From Thermoplasmatota archaeon (GTDB lineage Archaea > Thermoplasmatota > Thermoplasmata > Thermoplasmatales > ARK-15): a stretch of 64,000 nucleotides of DNA. The stretch spans positions 75,140 through 139,139 of the forward strand of contig JAVRLK010000001.1 in NCBI GenBank assembly GCA_031961545.1, in the 5' to 3' direction. A program made the translations under genes and the position numbers. Positions 1 to 8,963 of the stretch are shown here, in pieces. The notes beneath the pieces were generated by a model that ran no database searches, was not told where the DNA came from, and saw nothing but the letters and a program-made list of their open reading frames with translations. How positions within the stretch are numbered: the stretch's first letter is position 1; each line of letters starts with the position of its first letter.

Positions 1-914
1 TGGCGGAGCATTTCAAAAATGTTGAACTGAAGAAGGCAATAAAAGAATGGTTGAACCTCGTTTATTTTGGGAACCAATACTTTGATAGATCGGCACCATG
101 GGATCTCATAAAAGAGAATGAGAAAAAATGCTGGACAAAGCTAAACGTATCATTGCAGATTGTGAAGGCTCTGGCAATATACGGTTATCCATTCATTCCA
201 TTCACATCACAGAAAATATGGAACATGCTTGGATACAAGGATAAAATTGAAAATTACAGGTGGATTGAGGCATTAACACCAATTGGTGAGACAGCCTTAC
301 AGGAACCAAAGATACTTTTCAAAAAACTTACACAGGATGAAATAAGTGAATGGAAGAAGGTTGATATAAGAACAATAAAAATAGTTGATGTTATGGATCA
401 TCCCAATGCTGACAGGCTTTATTTGTTAAAGGTTTCACTTGGAAATGAAGAGAGGACACTTGTTGCCGGTCTTAAGAAACATTATCGCCCTGAGGAGCTC
501 ATGGGTAAATATGCCCTGATGGTTTATAACCTTGAGCCTGCGGAGATAAGGGGAATTGTTTCACAAGGTATGATCCTTGCCGCTGATGATGGAAATACAG
601 TTTCACTCCTCGTGCCAACAGAAAAAATTGAGGGAAAAAAGGTACTCGCAAACAATTATGAAAGTACGGTGGAATCAAAGATATCACATAAGGATTTTAT
701 GAAGATGAATTTTGAAATTGCTAGGTTGAAAATCAATGAAAGGATCCTTGCGGAGGGAAATAGAATTCATAAAATAGATTATAACATTGATAAAAAGTAT
801 GATGGTCTTTTAACGGTGATTTATCTTGAGAAAAACAGACCTTATATATTGAGAACAGACAATGGAATCATAACACTTGACAGAGATGTTAATTTAAACG
901 CAAAAGTGAAATAG
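1..914 (+). CDS. metG: methionyl-tRNA synthetase, C-terminal part (5' end lies outside the window)
   Basis: Frame 3 is open from the window edge (AEHFKNVELKKAIKEWLNLVYFGNQYFDRSAPWDLIK, MetRS anticodon-binding tail). A Trbp111/EMAP-type OB tRNA-binding module follows (VDIRTIKIVDVMDHPNADRLYLLKVSLG...SQGMILAA). Stop TAG at 912-914. Confidence 0.9.
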   Translation, partial: AEHFKNVELKKAIKEWLNLVYFGNQYFDRSAPWDLIKENEKKCWTKLNVSLQIVKALAIYGYPFIPFTSQKIWNMLGYKDKIENYRWIEALTPIGETALQEPKILFKKLTQDEISEWKKVDIRTIKIVDVMDHPNADRLYLLKVSLGNEERTLVAGLKKHYRPEELMGKYALMVYNLEPAEIRGIVSQGMILAADDGNTVSLLVPTEKIEGKKVLANNYESTVESKISHKDFMKMNFEIARLKINERILAEGNRIHKIDYNIDKKYDGLLTVIYLEKNRPYILRTDNGIITLDRDVNLNAKVK

Positions 915-915
915 A

Positions 916-1551
916 ATGAAATTTGATATTCACATACATTCAAAATATTCAAACGATGGTGTTCTGGAAATAAATGAAATAATAAAAATTGCAAAAAAGG
1001 TTGGGCTCGATGGAATAGCGATAACGGACCATAATTCCATGGAGGCTTACAGAAAAATTGAAAGCAAAGATATTGAAATAATAAAGGGTGTTGAAATATC
1101 AAGCGCATCCGGGCATATTATCGCGCTGAACATCAATGAAATTATACCGAAAGGGTTGAGTGTTGATGAGACCATAGAAAGGATACATGAGCAGGGTGGA
1201 ATAGCGATAGCAGTTCATCCATACAGGTTCTGGAGCGGTTTGGGTGAAAAAAACATAGTTGGAAAAAAGTTTGATGTTATTGAGGTGCTGAACGGAAGAT
1301 GTAAAAAGTTGAATAACCGGAAGGCAATGGATCTTGCCCAAAGGTTAAGCAAACCATTTTCAGCAGGAAGTGATGCACATTTTGCAGGTGAGATAGGAAG
1401 AGCTTACATAATAAGTGATGGGGATCCAATTGAAAATATCATAAAAAAGGATGTAAGGGTTGATGGAAGTTCAAGGGATTTCTTTGGAACAATTAAATAT
1501 GTGACAAATACGATTTATCACTGGGCGGGGAGAGGATTCAGGAGAATTTGA
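916..1551 (+). CDS. PHP-family metal-dependent phosphoesterase
   Basis: N-terminus MKFDIHIHSKYSNDG, then ITDHN and GSDAH motifs typical of PHP (COG0613-like) phosphoesterases. The ATG lies 1 nt after the metG stop. Confidence 0.8.
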   Translation: MKFDIHIHSKYSNDGVLEINEIIKIAKKVGLDGIAITDHNSMEAYRKIESKDIEIIKGVEISSASGHIIALNINEIIPKGLSVDETIERIHEQGGIAIAVHPYRFWSGLGEKNIVGKKFDVIEVLNGRCKKLNNRKAMDLAQRLSKPFSAGSDAHFAGEIGRAYIISDGDPIENIIKKDVRVDGSSRDFFGTIKYVTNTIYHWAGRGFRRI

Positions 1552-2025
1552 TCATGGGCCTATATGCATCATCTCAAAGTACTGGTCATAGTTTTCAAAC
1601 TGAAGAATTAATTCCCTCTCAGATTTCAGGAAATAGTAATGTGACATTTCCACAGAGGAAAGGTAAAGCATTATTGCCTTTTTCTCATCATCGAACCTTT
1701 TTGATAGATCCTCATAGAACTTTGATGATGCAAGTTCAGCGTCCATTGCCTGCGTTATAAGCTTTGAAATTGGATCCTTTTCAGTCACAGTGACCCTGGG
1801 TAATGGCACCTCTGTACTTTCGGGTATGTTTATCTTTTCTCCGGGGAATTTCATTTTGATTATATTTTCAATCAATTCTCTGTGCTTTTCCTCTTCCTTT
1901 GAAAGAAATTCAAATTTTTCCTTCAACAGTGCGTTTTTTACATTTTCCGATGCCTTTTTGTATATGTCCCTTGAATCTATTTCCGATCTAAGGGCCATTT
2001 CCAACAATTCCTTTAAAGATGCCAT
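1552..2025 (-). CDS. ferritin-like / rubrerythrin-family diiron domain protein
   Basis: Two E...ExxH-type half sites (SKEEEKH and SSVEMSH, with EIDSRDIY and ELASSKFY) on a four-helix-bundle-sized 157-aa protein. Its stop codon directly abuts the PHP stop (TGATCA). Confidence 0.7.
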   Translation of the reverse strand: MASLKELLEMALRSEIDSRDIYKKASENVKNALLKEKFEFLSKEEEKHRELIENIIKMKFPGEKINIPESTEVPLPRVTVTEKDPISKLITQAMDAELASSKFYEDLSKRFDDEKKAIMLYLSSVEMSHYYFLKSERELILQFENYDQYFEMMHIGP

Positions 2026-2066
2026 AATATTTGATATGTCAAATACTATTTAGATTTTTTGTATTT

Positions 2067-2696
2067 TTATAATTGCTGGAATATTGGTTTGTAGATTATT
2101 AGAGATATTGTTAATAAAATAATTAAAATTAATGATTCCGTTATCCCTACCCATTTTATTTTTAGCCTTTTTATTCCCAGCGGTATCCTTACCAAGGAAA
2201 GTGAGAAAATTGCATTCATTGGATTAAGAAAAATAAAAAATATGGGAATAATGTTATATAAAAGGTAAAAACTATTTTTTCTTATTATTGATCTAACGGT
2301 AAACTCTGATCCCACCATAAAGAGGAAAAGGAAAATTGAATAAACATAGGTGTTATGTGAAAAGTAAATTGAAGTTATATAAAAATTTAAAACCATACCA
2401 ACTATTCCAGTTATTGCCTTAAGGTATGATCTTTTGAAAATTCCATTTTTGAAAATGTAAACAAGAAGGAAAAATGCATAGGGGATGATGAAATAATAAA
2501 AAATTAATATGGAAATTATTGAAAATATGAAGGATATGAAAAGTGCAATTTTATCAATTCCTTTTTTAAAATCCATGGCTATTAAACCCGATAACAGTGG
2601 AATCCAGAAAATTAATACATAAATATTTTTGTAAAGAAACAATGAAAATAGGAAGAGTGAATATGTGGTTATCCAAGCACCGTACTCTATTTTCAT
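2067..2696 (-). CDS. integral membrane protein, function unknown
   Basis: About six hydrophobic helices rich in F/I/L/Y. I prefer the ATG at 2696 (MKIEYGAW) over the TTG at 2708 given by the ORF track. No family motif recognised. Confidence 0.5.
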   Translation of the reverse strand: MKIEYGAWITTYSLFLFSLFLYKNIYVLIFWIPLLSGLIAMDFKKGIDKIALFISFIFSIISILIFYYFIIPYAFFLLVYIFKNGIFKRSYLKAITGIVGMVLNFYITSIYFSHNTYVYSIFLFLFMVGSEFTVRSIIRKNSFYLLYNIIPIFFIFLNPMNAIFSLSLVRIPLGIKRLKIKWVGITESLILIILLTISLIIYKPIFQQL

Positions 2697-2750
2697 TGGT
2701 AACTGCAATTTTCACGTTATATTTATTTATTTTTTCTACTTTTTTTCTTC

Positions 2751-3386
2751 ATGAACTTTATAAAGAAAATTGTTGATGAATTTAAAAATAAAAGAATAAT
2801 TGGCATTGATCTTGCCGGTTCATCGAAAAGGGAAACAGGTTTAAGTTTCCTTCATGGATACAATGCTGAAATAAATTCATTAAAAAGTGATGCAGAAATA
2901 ATTTCATTTACCCTTGATTTTAAGCCCGATTTAATTGCAATAGACGCACCACTTTCTTTACCGGAAGGAAGATGCTGTACCTGGGAAAAATGTTCATGCA
3001 GCGTTCATGGAATAATGAGGGAAAGTGACAGGGAGCTGATAAGAATGGGTATAAGGGCATATCCAACACTTATAGAGAGTATGAGACCATTGACAAGGAG
3101 AGGTATTAACCTTTCAGTTTTATTGAGATCAATGAATTTTGATGTTATTGAAACCTATCCGCATGGTATAAAAATCATGCTTGGTTTACCCAGGGAAATG
3201 GAAAAGATTCTGGAAATTTTTTCAAACACAGGTTTCAATTTTATTTATAAAAAATTAAGTAAACATGGAATTGATTCATTCCTTTCAGCCATTGTCGGAT
3301 ACTTTTATTTATCAGGAAATTTTATTGAAATTGGCAAGAAAAATGAAGGAAAAACAATTTTACCAAAGATAAGGGTAAAAATTTAA
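2751..3386 (+). CDS. DUF429 / COG2410-like predicted RNase H-fold nuclease
   Basis: The pattern IIGIDLAGSSKRETGL ... LIAIDAPLSLPEGR ... RESDRELIRMGI ... VIETYPHG matches what I remember for DUF429/COG2410. Confidence 0.6.
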   Translation: MNFIKKIVDEFKNKRIIGIDLAGSSKRETGLSFLHGYNAEINSLKSDAEIISFTLDFKPDLIAIDAPLSLPEGRCCTWEKCSCSVHGIMRESDRELIRMGIRAYPTLIESMRPLTRRGINLSVLLRSMNFDVIETYPHGIKIMLGLPREMEKILEIFSNTGFNFIYKKLSKHGIDSFLSAIVGYFYLSGNFIEIGKKNEGKTILPKIRVKI

Positions 3387-3428
3387 TGGAAATAGAAATT
3401 TAAATACCTATATTTTTTACATACCTAC

Positions 3429-3968
3429 ATGGATGATTTAATTTTGAGTTTTAAAAGCTCAATAGAAGAGGCAAATGGTAAATGTTACATTATTGAAAAA
3501 ATTGATGAAATTTCTGACATAATTCTTGAAATAACTGAAAATTTCAAAAACGTTTTCATACATAACATTAATGATATTTTAGGAGAATATGTAAAAAATA
3601 TTTTGAAAAATAGTGGTAAAAATGTTATGACAATTGAGGATATGAAAAGGGATCCTGGGAAAATTGAAATTGGCATAACAGGTGCACATGCAATGGCTGC
3701 AGAATCGGGATCAATAATATTTTATGAAGATGGTGTTCTTACAGCCTTTACATCCTTCCTTCCGGAAAAACATATTGTTATAGAATATTCCGATAAAATT
3801 TTTCCGGAAATACTTGATGCTCTTGATTATGTTGTTAAAGAATCCGGCAAAATGCCATCATACATTCAGATAATACAAGGCCCGAGCTATACTGGTGATA
3901 TTGAAAAGAAAATAGTGAGACCTTCACATGGACCCAAGGAATTCCATGTTTTAATTGTTAAGAGGTGA
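3429..3968 (+). CDS. LUD-domain protein (LutC-like)
   Basis: IGITGAHAMAAESGSIIF ... LPEKHIVI ... IQGPSYTGDIEKKIVRPSHGPKEFHVLIV is the typical LUD/DUF162 signature. Confidence 0.75.
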   Translation: MDDLILSFKSSIEEANGKCYIIEKIDEISDIILEITENFKNVFIHNINDILGEYVKNILKNSGKNVMTIEDMKRDPGKIEIGITGAHAMAAESGSIIFYEDGVLTAFTSFLPEKHIVIEYSDKIFPEILDALDYVVKESGKMPSYIQIIQGPSYTGDIEKKIVRPSHGPKEFHVLIVKR

Positions 3969-3973
3969 ATAAA

Positions 3974-5107
3974 ATGATTTTTGAAGAGGTTCATAAAAAA
4001 ATTCTCAATGCCCTTGAGGATCAGGATCTAAGGAATGGATCATACATAGGAACGAAATTTGAAATAATTAACAGAAGGGATGCAATTAAAAGACACACAT
4101 ATATTGAAGAATGGGCAAATGAAACAAGGAAAAATAAGGAATATGCAATTGAAAATGTTGATGAGCTTATATTAAAATTCAAAGAAAATTTTGAGAAAAA
4201 TGGCGGTCATTTCCATTATGCAAAAGATGGGGATGAAATGAAGAACATTGTTCTAAAAATAATTGGTGAAGGTAAAACAATTGTTAAAAGCAAAAGTCTT
4301 GTTGGTGAGGAGATTGAACTGAGGCAGTTTCTTGAAGGTAAGGGAATAAGGGTATACGAGACGGATCTTGGAGAATTCCTTGTACAGTTAACAAACGGAA
4401 AACCAGCACATATGGTCACACCCGCTGTAAACATGACAGAAGGGAGGGCTAAATCCGTTCTGGAAAAGAATCTCAAGGTTGAACTAAGTGATGTAACATC
4501 AATGGTTCTTGCAGTAAGAAAATTCATGCGTGAAAAGTTCCTTAACGCTGATGTTGGAATTATTGGAGCTAACGCACTTTCAGCTGAGACGGGTTCTGTC
4601 GTTTTTGTAACAAATGAGGGTAACGGTGCACTTACATCAACAATTCCAAAAAAATTGATTGTCATTACATCCATTGAAAAAATATATCCAAAATTAAATG
4701 ATGCCATAAAGGCTTCAATTGTCCAGACAGTATACGATGGGTTCAAGAAAACATCGTACATTCACATAATAAATGGACCATCAAGAGAGGATATAGGTCC
4801 TGAGGAATTGCATATAGTTATCATGGACAACAACAGGAAAAGTGCAAGGGAAACGTTTCTGAAGGAAACACTTTACTGTATTAAATGTGGATCATGTCAG
4901 CTATCCTGCCCCGTTTTCCAGGTTATTGATGGTGCATGGGGCGATATATATACTGCAGCAATAGGAATACCATGGACGGCAATAACAGGTTCAAGGGAAA
5001 AGGCAAAGGCATTATCCTTTTTCTGCCTGGGTTGTGGAAGATGCAGGGAAGTATGCCCCATGAAAATAGACATACCTGAACTAATTAGAAAAATTAAATC
5101 TATCTGA
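3974..5107 (+). CDS. LutB-like iron-sulfur protein (LUD domain plus 2x 4Fe-4S ferredoxin motifs)
   Basis: LUD core (VGIIGANALSAETGSVVFV ... INGPSRED) followed by CIKCGSCQLSCPV and CLGCGRCREVCPM. The ATG at 3974 is preceded by AGAGGTGA; the alternative GTG at 3965 overlaps the upstream stop. Confidence 0.8.
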   Translation: MIFEEVHKKILNALEDQDLRNGSYIGTKFEIINRRDAIKRHTYIEEWANETRKNKEYAIENVDELILKFKENFEKNGGHFHYAKDGDEMKNIVLKIIGEGKTIVKSKSLVGEEIELRQFLEGKGIRVYETDLGEFLVQLTNGKPAHMVTPAVNMTEGRAKSVLEKNLKVELSDVTSMVLAVRKFMREKFLNADVGIIGANALSAETGSVVFVTNEGNGALTSTIPKKLIVITSIEKIYPKLNDAIKASIVQTVYDGFKKTSYIHIINGPSREDIGPEELHIVIMDNNRKSARETFLKETLYCIKCGSCQLSCPVFQVIDGAWGDIYTAAIGIPWTAITGSREKAKALSFFCLGCGRCREVCPMKIDIPELIRKIKSI

Positions 5108-5169
5108 TTTACAAAATGTCAATTTTTAATTAAAAAAATTAAAATATTGTTTTTCGATTTAAACATCTG

Positions 5170-6315
5170 ATGAAAAAATTAAAGAAAAACATTGTGGATG
5201 ATATTTCCTTCGGTGCAATAGTGAAAATAAGGGATGATCTTTTATCAATGCAGAGGCAGGGGAAAAAGGTATACAGGATGGAGTCGGGCGACCCATCATT
5301 TGATGTTCCTGAGCATGTTAAAAATGCAATCATTGATGCTTTAAAAAATAACAGAACACATTATACGGATTCAACGGGAATACCTGAATTAAGAGAGGCA
5401 ATTGCACAGAAACTTCATAGAAAAAATGGAATTAATGCAACGAAGGATGAAGTGCTTGTAACAAACGGTGGTATGAATTCATTGTATGTAACATTCCGTG
5501 CACTGCTTTCAAAGAATGAAAAGGTGATCATACCCGATCCCATGTGGACAGAGATTGGTGAAAACATAAAGCTTTCCCTTGGCATTCCTTTGCCCGTTGA
5601 TGTATTCAACTATGTTGAAAATATTGAAGGTATGAATTTAAAGAACGTAAGGGCAATATTTATAAATTCACCACACAACCCAACTGGTAAGGTTTTTTCA
5701 GAAAATGAAATAAGAAAAATTGTTAATATTGCATCAGAGAATGGAATTTTTATTGTCAGTGATGAAGCCTATGAGGATGTGATTTTTGATAATTTAAAAC
5801 ACTTCAGTCCGGGATCAATTTATGAAAATACCATTTCACTTTATTCAATGTCAAAGAGCTATGCAATGAGCGGCCTGAGAATAGGTTATGCGCACGTGAA
5901 AAATGAAACTTTAAAGGAAAGAATGAAAAAGTTGTTGAGATGTACCATAAACGGTGTAAATTCAATAACACAATATGGTGCTCTTGCTGCACTTCAGGGG
6001 CCACAGGATTACGTATCCATTATGAAGGATGAGTACCAGAAAAGGAGGGATATCCTTTACGGTTACTTGAAAAATTCAAGTTACCTTGATCCATATTTAC
6101 CACAGGGTGCATTCTATATGTGGAATAAAATAAAGGAATACCCTGAAGGTGTGAAGGATAGCTGGGAAATGAGCGAATACATTCTTAAAAAAACAGGTGT
6201 TGGTTCCACCCCAGGCCCTGTTTTCGGACAAGGTGGTGAAAATCATATAAGGTTTGCATTCAGTATTGAAACTGAAAAGGTAAGGGAAGCAGGTGAATTA
6301 CTATCAACATTATGA
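5170..6315 (+). CDS. class I/II pyridoxal-phosphate aminotransferase (aspartate aminotransferase-like)
   Basis: SPHNPTGKVF, SDEAYED and the PLP-lysine motif SMSKSYAMSGLRIGY. Confidence 0.9.
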   Translation: MKKLKKNIVDDISFGAIVKIRDDLLSMQRQGKKVYRMESGDPSFDVPEHVKNAIIDALKNNRTHYTDSTGIPELREAIAQKLHRKNGINATKDEVLVTNGGMNSLYVTFRALLSKNEKVIIPDPMWTEIGENIKLSLGIPLPVDVFNYVENIEGMNLKNVRAIFINSPHNPTGKVFSENEIRKIVNIASENGIFIVSDEAYEDVIFDNLKHFSPGSIYENTISLYSMSKSYAMSGLRIGYAHVKNETLKERMKKLLRCTINGVNSITQYGALAALQGPQDYVSIMKDEYQKRRDILYGYLKNSSYLDPYLPQGAFYMWNKIKEYPEGVKDSWEMSEYILKKTGVGSTPGPVFGQGGENHIRFAFSIETEKVREAGELLSTL

Positions 6316-6316
6316 T

Positions 6317-6958
6317 TCAAATCTTTTTCTTACATTTTTCTCTCAACGGACAGTTATCACATCTTGGAACTTTTCTGCAGTATTCCTTCCCCAATTTTAC
6401 AAGTAATGCATGGAATTCCTGGAGATCCTTAACATTTTTGTTAAAAGTTTCTTCAACCAATTTTCTGACATTCTCATAATTTTTCTTATCCTCATTATCA
6501 ATAATGCCGTATCTTTTAAAAATTCTTAAAGTGTAGGCATCAACAACAAAGTATGGTTTATCCATGGCATACAAAAGGATTGAATCCGCTGTTTCCATTC
6601 CAATTCCCTTTATGTTCAATAAAAATTCCCTTTCACCATTCTCAAGAAAATTCTCAAATGTTCCATATTCCTCTTTAATCTTAATTACAAGGTTTTTCAA
6701 CCTTTGGGCCTTCTGTTTATAAAAACCCGAGGATCTTATTTTTTCCTGAAGAACATTTTCATCAACATTCAGAATTTTTTCAAATTCCAGAAGATTATTC
6801 TCTTTAAGTTCTTTGATTGATTTTTCAACGTTTTTCCATGAAGTATTCTGTGTGAGTACTGCACCAACAACAATTTCAAATTTTGTTTCACCAGGCCACC
6901 AGTGCTGCGGCCCGAAACTTTCGAAAAGTATATTGTAAATATTCTTTATTTCATTCAT
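6317..6958 (-). CDS. HhH-GPD DNA glycosylase, endonuclease III-related (COG2231-like)
   Basis: FGPQHWWPGETKFEIVVGAVLTQNTSW, HhH element IKGIGMETADSILLYA, VVDAYTLRIF, and a C-terminal four-Cys cluster CRKVPRCDNCPLREKC. Confidence 0.8.
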   Translation of the reverse strand: MNEIKNIYNILFESFGPQHWWPGETKFEIVVGAVLTQNTSWKNVEKSIKELKENNLLEFEKILNVDENVLQEKIRSSGFYKQKAQRLKNLVIKIKEEYGTFENFLENGEREFLLNIKGIGMETADSILLYAMDKPYFVVDAYTLRIFKRYGIIDNEDKKNYENVRKLVEETFNKNVKDLQEFHALLVKLGKEYCRKVPRCDNCPLREKCKKKI

Positions 6959-7278
6959 TCTTTTGTTTTTTCAATGAACTCTTCAGTCAATTTTTTTACA
7001 TCCTTGTTTGCAGGAATAATCAATGACCAGAAATGTCTTGAATCGTAGGGAAAAAGAACAACGTATCCCTCCTGCCCTTCCATATATATCTGTGTTGGTT
7101 CCCTGTATTTCATTTCACCATAAACAGTTACCGCAGCACCATATATTGTTGCGCACATTACGGAGAATGTTTCCTTATCTATACCGTCAGGTAGGATATT
7201 CTTAACAACCGTACCATCCTTCCTGATCAACGCTGCCCCGATCAAACCTAGTTCTTGAACAACCTGATCCGGATTCAT
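6955..7278 (-). CDS. Roadblock/LC7 (MglB-like) domain protein
   Basis: 107 aa with LGLIGAALIRKDGTVVKNILP...FSVMCATIYGAA...GYVVLFP, typical of Robl/LC7. Its stop overlaps the glycosylase ATG (ATGA). Confidence 0.75.
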   Translation of the reverse strand: MNPDQVVQELGLIGAALIRKDGTVVKNILPDGIDKETFSVMCATIYGAAVTVYGEMKYREPTQIYMEGQEGYVVLFPYDSRHFWSLIIPANKDVKKLTEEFIEKTKE

Positions 7279-7345
7279 AACATGTCACATTCTATCAATT
7301 TTCATTCTACTAAATTATAATTTCTTTAATAAACTTTTCCAAAAT

Positions 7346-8215
7346 TTATATTTCGGTTGTAACAATTATTCTATCTTTGAGCAATAAAATTGTATGTTCG
7401 TGCTGCGAAACCGTACCTTTTGCTTTCTCCTTTAGAATAGGGAATCTGTAAATATCCTTACTTTTCATAACAATATCCATTATATGCTCTGGATCCCTGA
7501 AATCCCTGTAGATCCATCTTGTTGAAAATGGTAGATTATTATATTCTTCAAAAATCCTTTTTGTTTCATCATTTATTCTTATAACCTGGGCAATGTTTCC
7601 AAATTTTGTTTCCTTTACGTAACCGGATCCATCAGTTGCAAAGGGTTCAATCGCTATAGCCATGTCTGAATAGAGAGATTTCCTTGATCCATCATTGTAG
7701 TTGGGTATGGATATTCCTGCGTGTAGAACAAATTTTGATACCTGATGGCCTGTAAGGTTGTATATTGGTTTATAACCGAAGGATTCAATAACCCTTTCAA
7801 TAATTGATCCCAGTTCCCATGTTTCAATACCAGGTCTTATGGAATTTATAACCGTTCTGAGTGCTGTCTCTGATGCCATGGATAAACTCTTTTTATCGTT
7901 TCCTCCAATCTCTATTGTAATTGCCGTATCTGCAATGTAACCATCCACATGCGCACCCAGATCAAGCTTTACAACATCACCCTTTTTGAATATTCTGTTA
8001 TCATTCCTTGATGGTGTATAATGCGCTGCCTCATCATTAACACTTAAATTCACAGGGAATGCGGGTTTTGCACCACTTTTTATAATAAAACTCTCTATTT
8101 CATCGGCCACATCCTCTGCCCTTTTTCCCTCCTCTATTAAATTCTTACCCAGTTTAATGGCCTCTCCGGCTATTCTTCCTGCCTTTATGTACTTTTCTAT
8201 TTCATTCTGATCCAT
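7346..8215 (-). CDS. map: methionine aminopeptidase, type 2 (archaeal)
   Basis: FPVNLSVNDEAAHYTP, VKLDLGAHVDGYIAD, LTGHQV, AIEPFAT, QHEHTILL. The length of 289 aa is typical of archaeal MetAP2. Confidence 0.9.
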   Translation of the reverse strand: MDQNEIEKYIKAGRIAGEAIKLGKNLIEEGKRAEDVADEIESFIIKSGAKPAFPVNLSVNDEAAHYTPSRNDNRIFKKGDVVKLDLGAHVDGYIADTAITIEIGGNDKKSLSMASETALRTVINSIRPGIETWELGSIIERVIESFGYKPIYNLTGHQVSKFVLHAGISIPNYNDGSRKSLYSDMAIAIEPFATDGSGYVKETKFGNIAQVIRINDETKRIFEEYNNLPFSTRWIYRDFRDPEHIMDIVMKSKDIYRFPILKEKAKGTVSQHEHTILLLKDRIIVTTEI

Positions 8216-8795
8216 AAATTTCCATCACCTTTTTAAATGGTACCGCACCTTCCCTTATAAGCCTTGGTTTTTGTGATGTTAGATCTATCACAGTTGATGG
8301 TATACCAAGGCAGGATCCACAGTCCACATATATTTTAATTCTCTCACCAAGCTGTGAATATGCATCCACAACATTTACAGGATTCTTTCCTCCATGTTTG
8401 TTTGCGCTTGTGATCGTTATGGGCCCTATTTTTTCAACTATTTTTCTTATTATTTCATTTTTTGGGAATCTTATACCAACCGTTTCACCAACAAGGTTAT
8501 ATGGTATTTTTTTATTTTTTAGCACAAAGGTAACAAGGTATCCCCAATCCTCTTTTATTATTTTTTCAACAAGAGGATGAGGATACACATAATCTTGAAT
8601 GTTATTAAAATCAAAAAGGGCAACGGGAACGGGTACATCCTTTTTTCTACCCTTTATTTCATAAATTTTTTCAGCATTATCTGAAAAAACCCAGATAGAA
8701 AGTGCATAAAGAGTATCGGCTGGAATAACAGCAAAATCATGTTTTAAATACTCTGAAAGATCATCAACATTAACATCATTACACTTATAGATCAC
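8202..8795 (-). CDS. tsaC: YrdC/TsaC-family L-threonylcarbamoyladenylate synthase (t6A pathway), short form without Sua5 domain
   Basis: AVIPADTLYALS, VLKNKK...GIRFP, ITSANKHG and STVIDLT motifs. There is no in-frame ATG. The only sensible start is GTG 8795-8793, 2 nt past the tRNA-Asn 3' end. The first 19 codons of the ORF-track model are the tRNA read as protein. Confidence 0.8.
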   Translation of the reverse strand: MIYKCNDVNVDDLSEYLKHDFAVIPADTLYALSIWVFSDNAEKIYEIKGRKKDVPVPVALFDFNNIQDYVYPHPLVEKIIKEDWGYLVTFVLKNKKIPYNLVGETVGIRFPKNEIIRKIVEKIGPITITSANKHGGKNPVNVVDAYSQLGERIKIYVDCGSCLGIPSTVIDLTSQKPRLIREGAVPFKKVMEIYGSE

Positions 8796-8797
8796 AG

Positions 8798-8870
8798 CGC
8801 CGCCGGTCGGATTCGAACCGACGACCACTCGGTTAACAGCCGAGCGCTCCACCGGCTAAGCTACGGCGGC
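8798..8870 (-). tRNA. tRNA-Asn (anticodon GTT)
   Basis: Hand-folded 73-nt cloverleaf: acceptor GCCGCCG/CGGCGGC, D stem GCTT/GAGC, anticodon stem CTCGG/CCGAG with loop CTGTTAA, T arm GTCGG-TTCGAAT-CCGAC, discriminator G. No encoded CCA. It is a GC-rich island in AT-rich DNA. Confidence 0.9.
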
Positions 8871-8895
8871 ACATTTGGAAAAGAATGTAAAAGAT

Positions 8896-8903
8896 CTATT
8901 AAA
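8896..8903 (-). promoter_or_regulatory. candidate TATA box for tRNA-Asn
   Basis: TTTAATAG lies at about -33 to -26 from the mature tRNA 5' end, preceded by an A-rich BRE-like stretch. Position-based guess only. Confidence 0.3.
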
Positions 8904-8963
8904 CTTTTTTCTTGATGAAAAGATAAAGATTAAACATTAATACCTATAATCATTTTACCAAAT

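Noticed and set aside
4216-4761. A 181-aa ORF antisense to the LutB-like gene. Similar long antisense ORFs lie at 13207-13925, 14455-14865, 44212-44705 and 48085-48483.
   Set aside because: They are low-complexity, S/F/I/L-rich shadow frames opposite well-supported genes with clear family motifs, and they have no motifs of their own.
5120-5150. AT-only palindromes such as TTTTTAATTAAAAA here and AAATTATAATTT near 7315.
   Set aside because: They are low-complexity A/T sequence expected by chance in AT-rich promoter regions and cannot be told apart from TATA-like elements.
8796-8852. The first 19 codons (MERSAVNRVVVGSNPTGGA) of ORF-track model 8202..8852.
   Set aside because: This segment is the reverse strand of tRNA-Asn read as protein. 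The family N-terminus fits a GTG start at 8795 instead.
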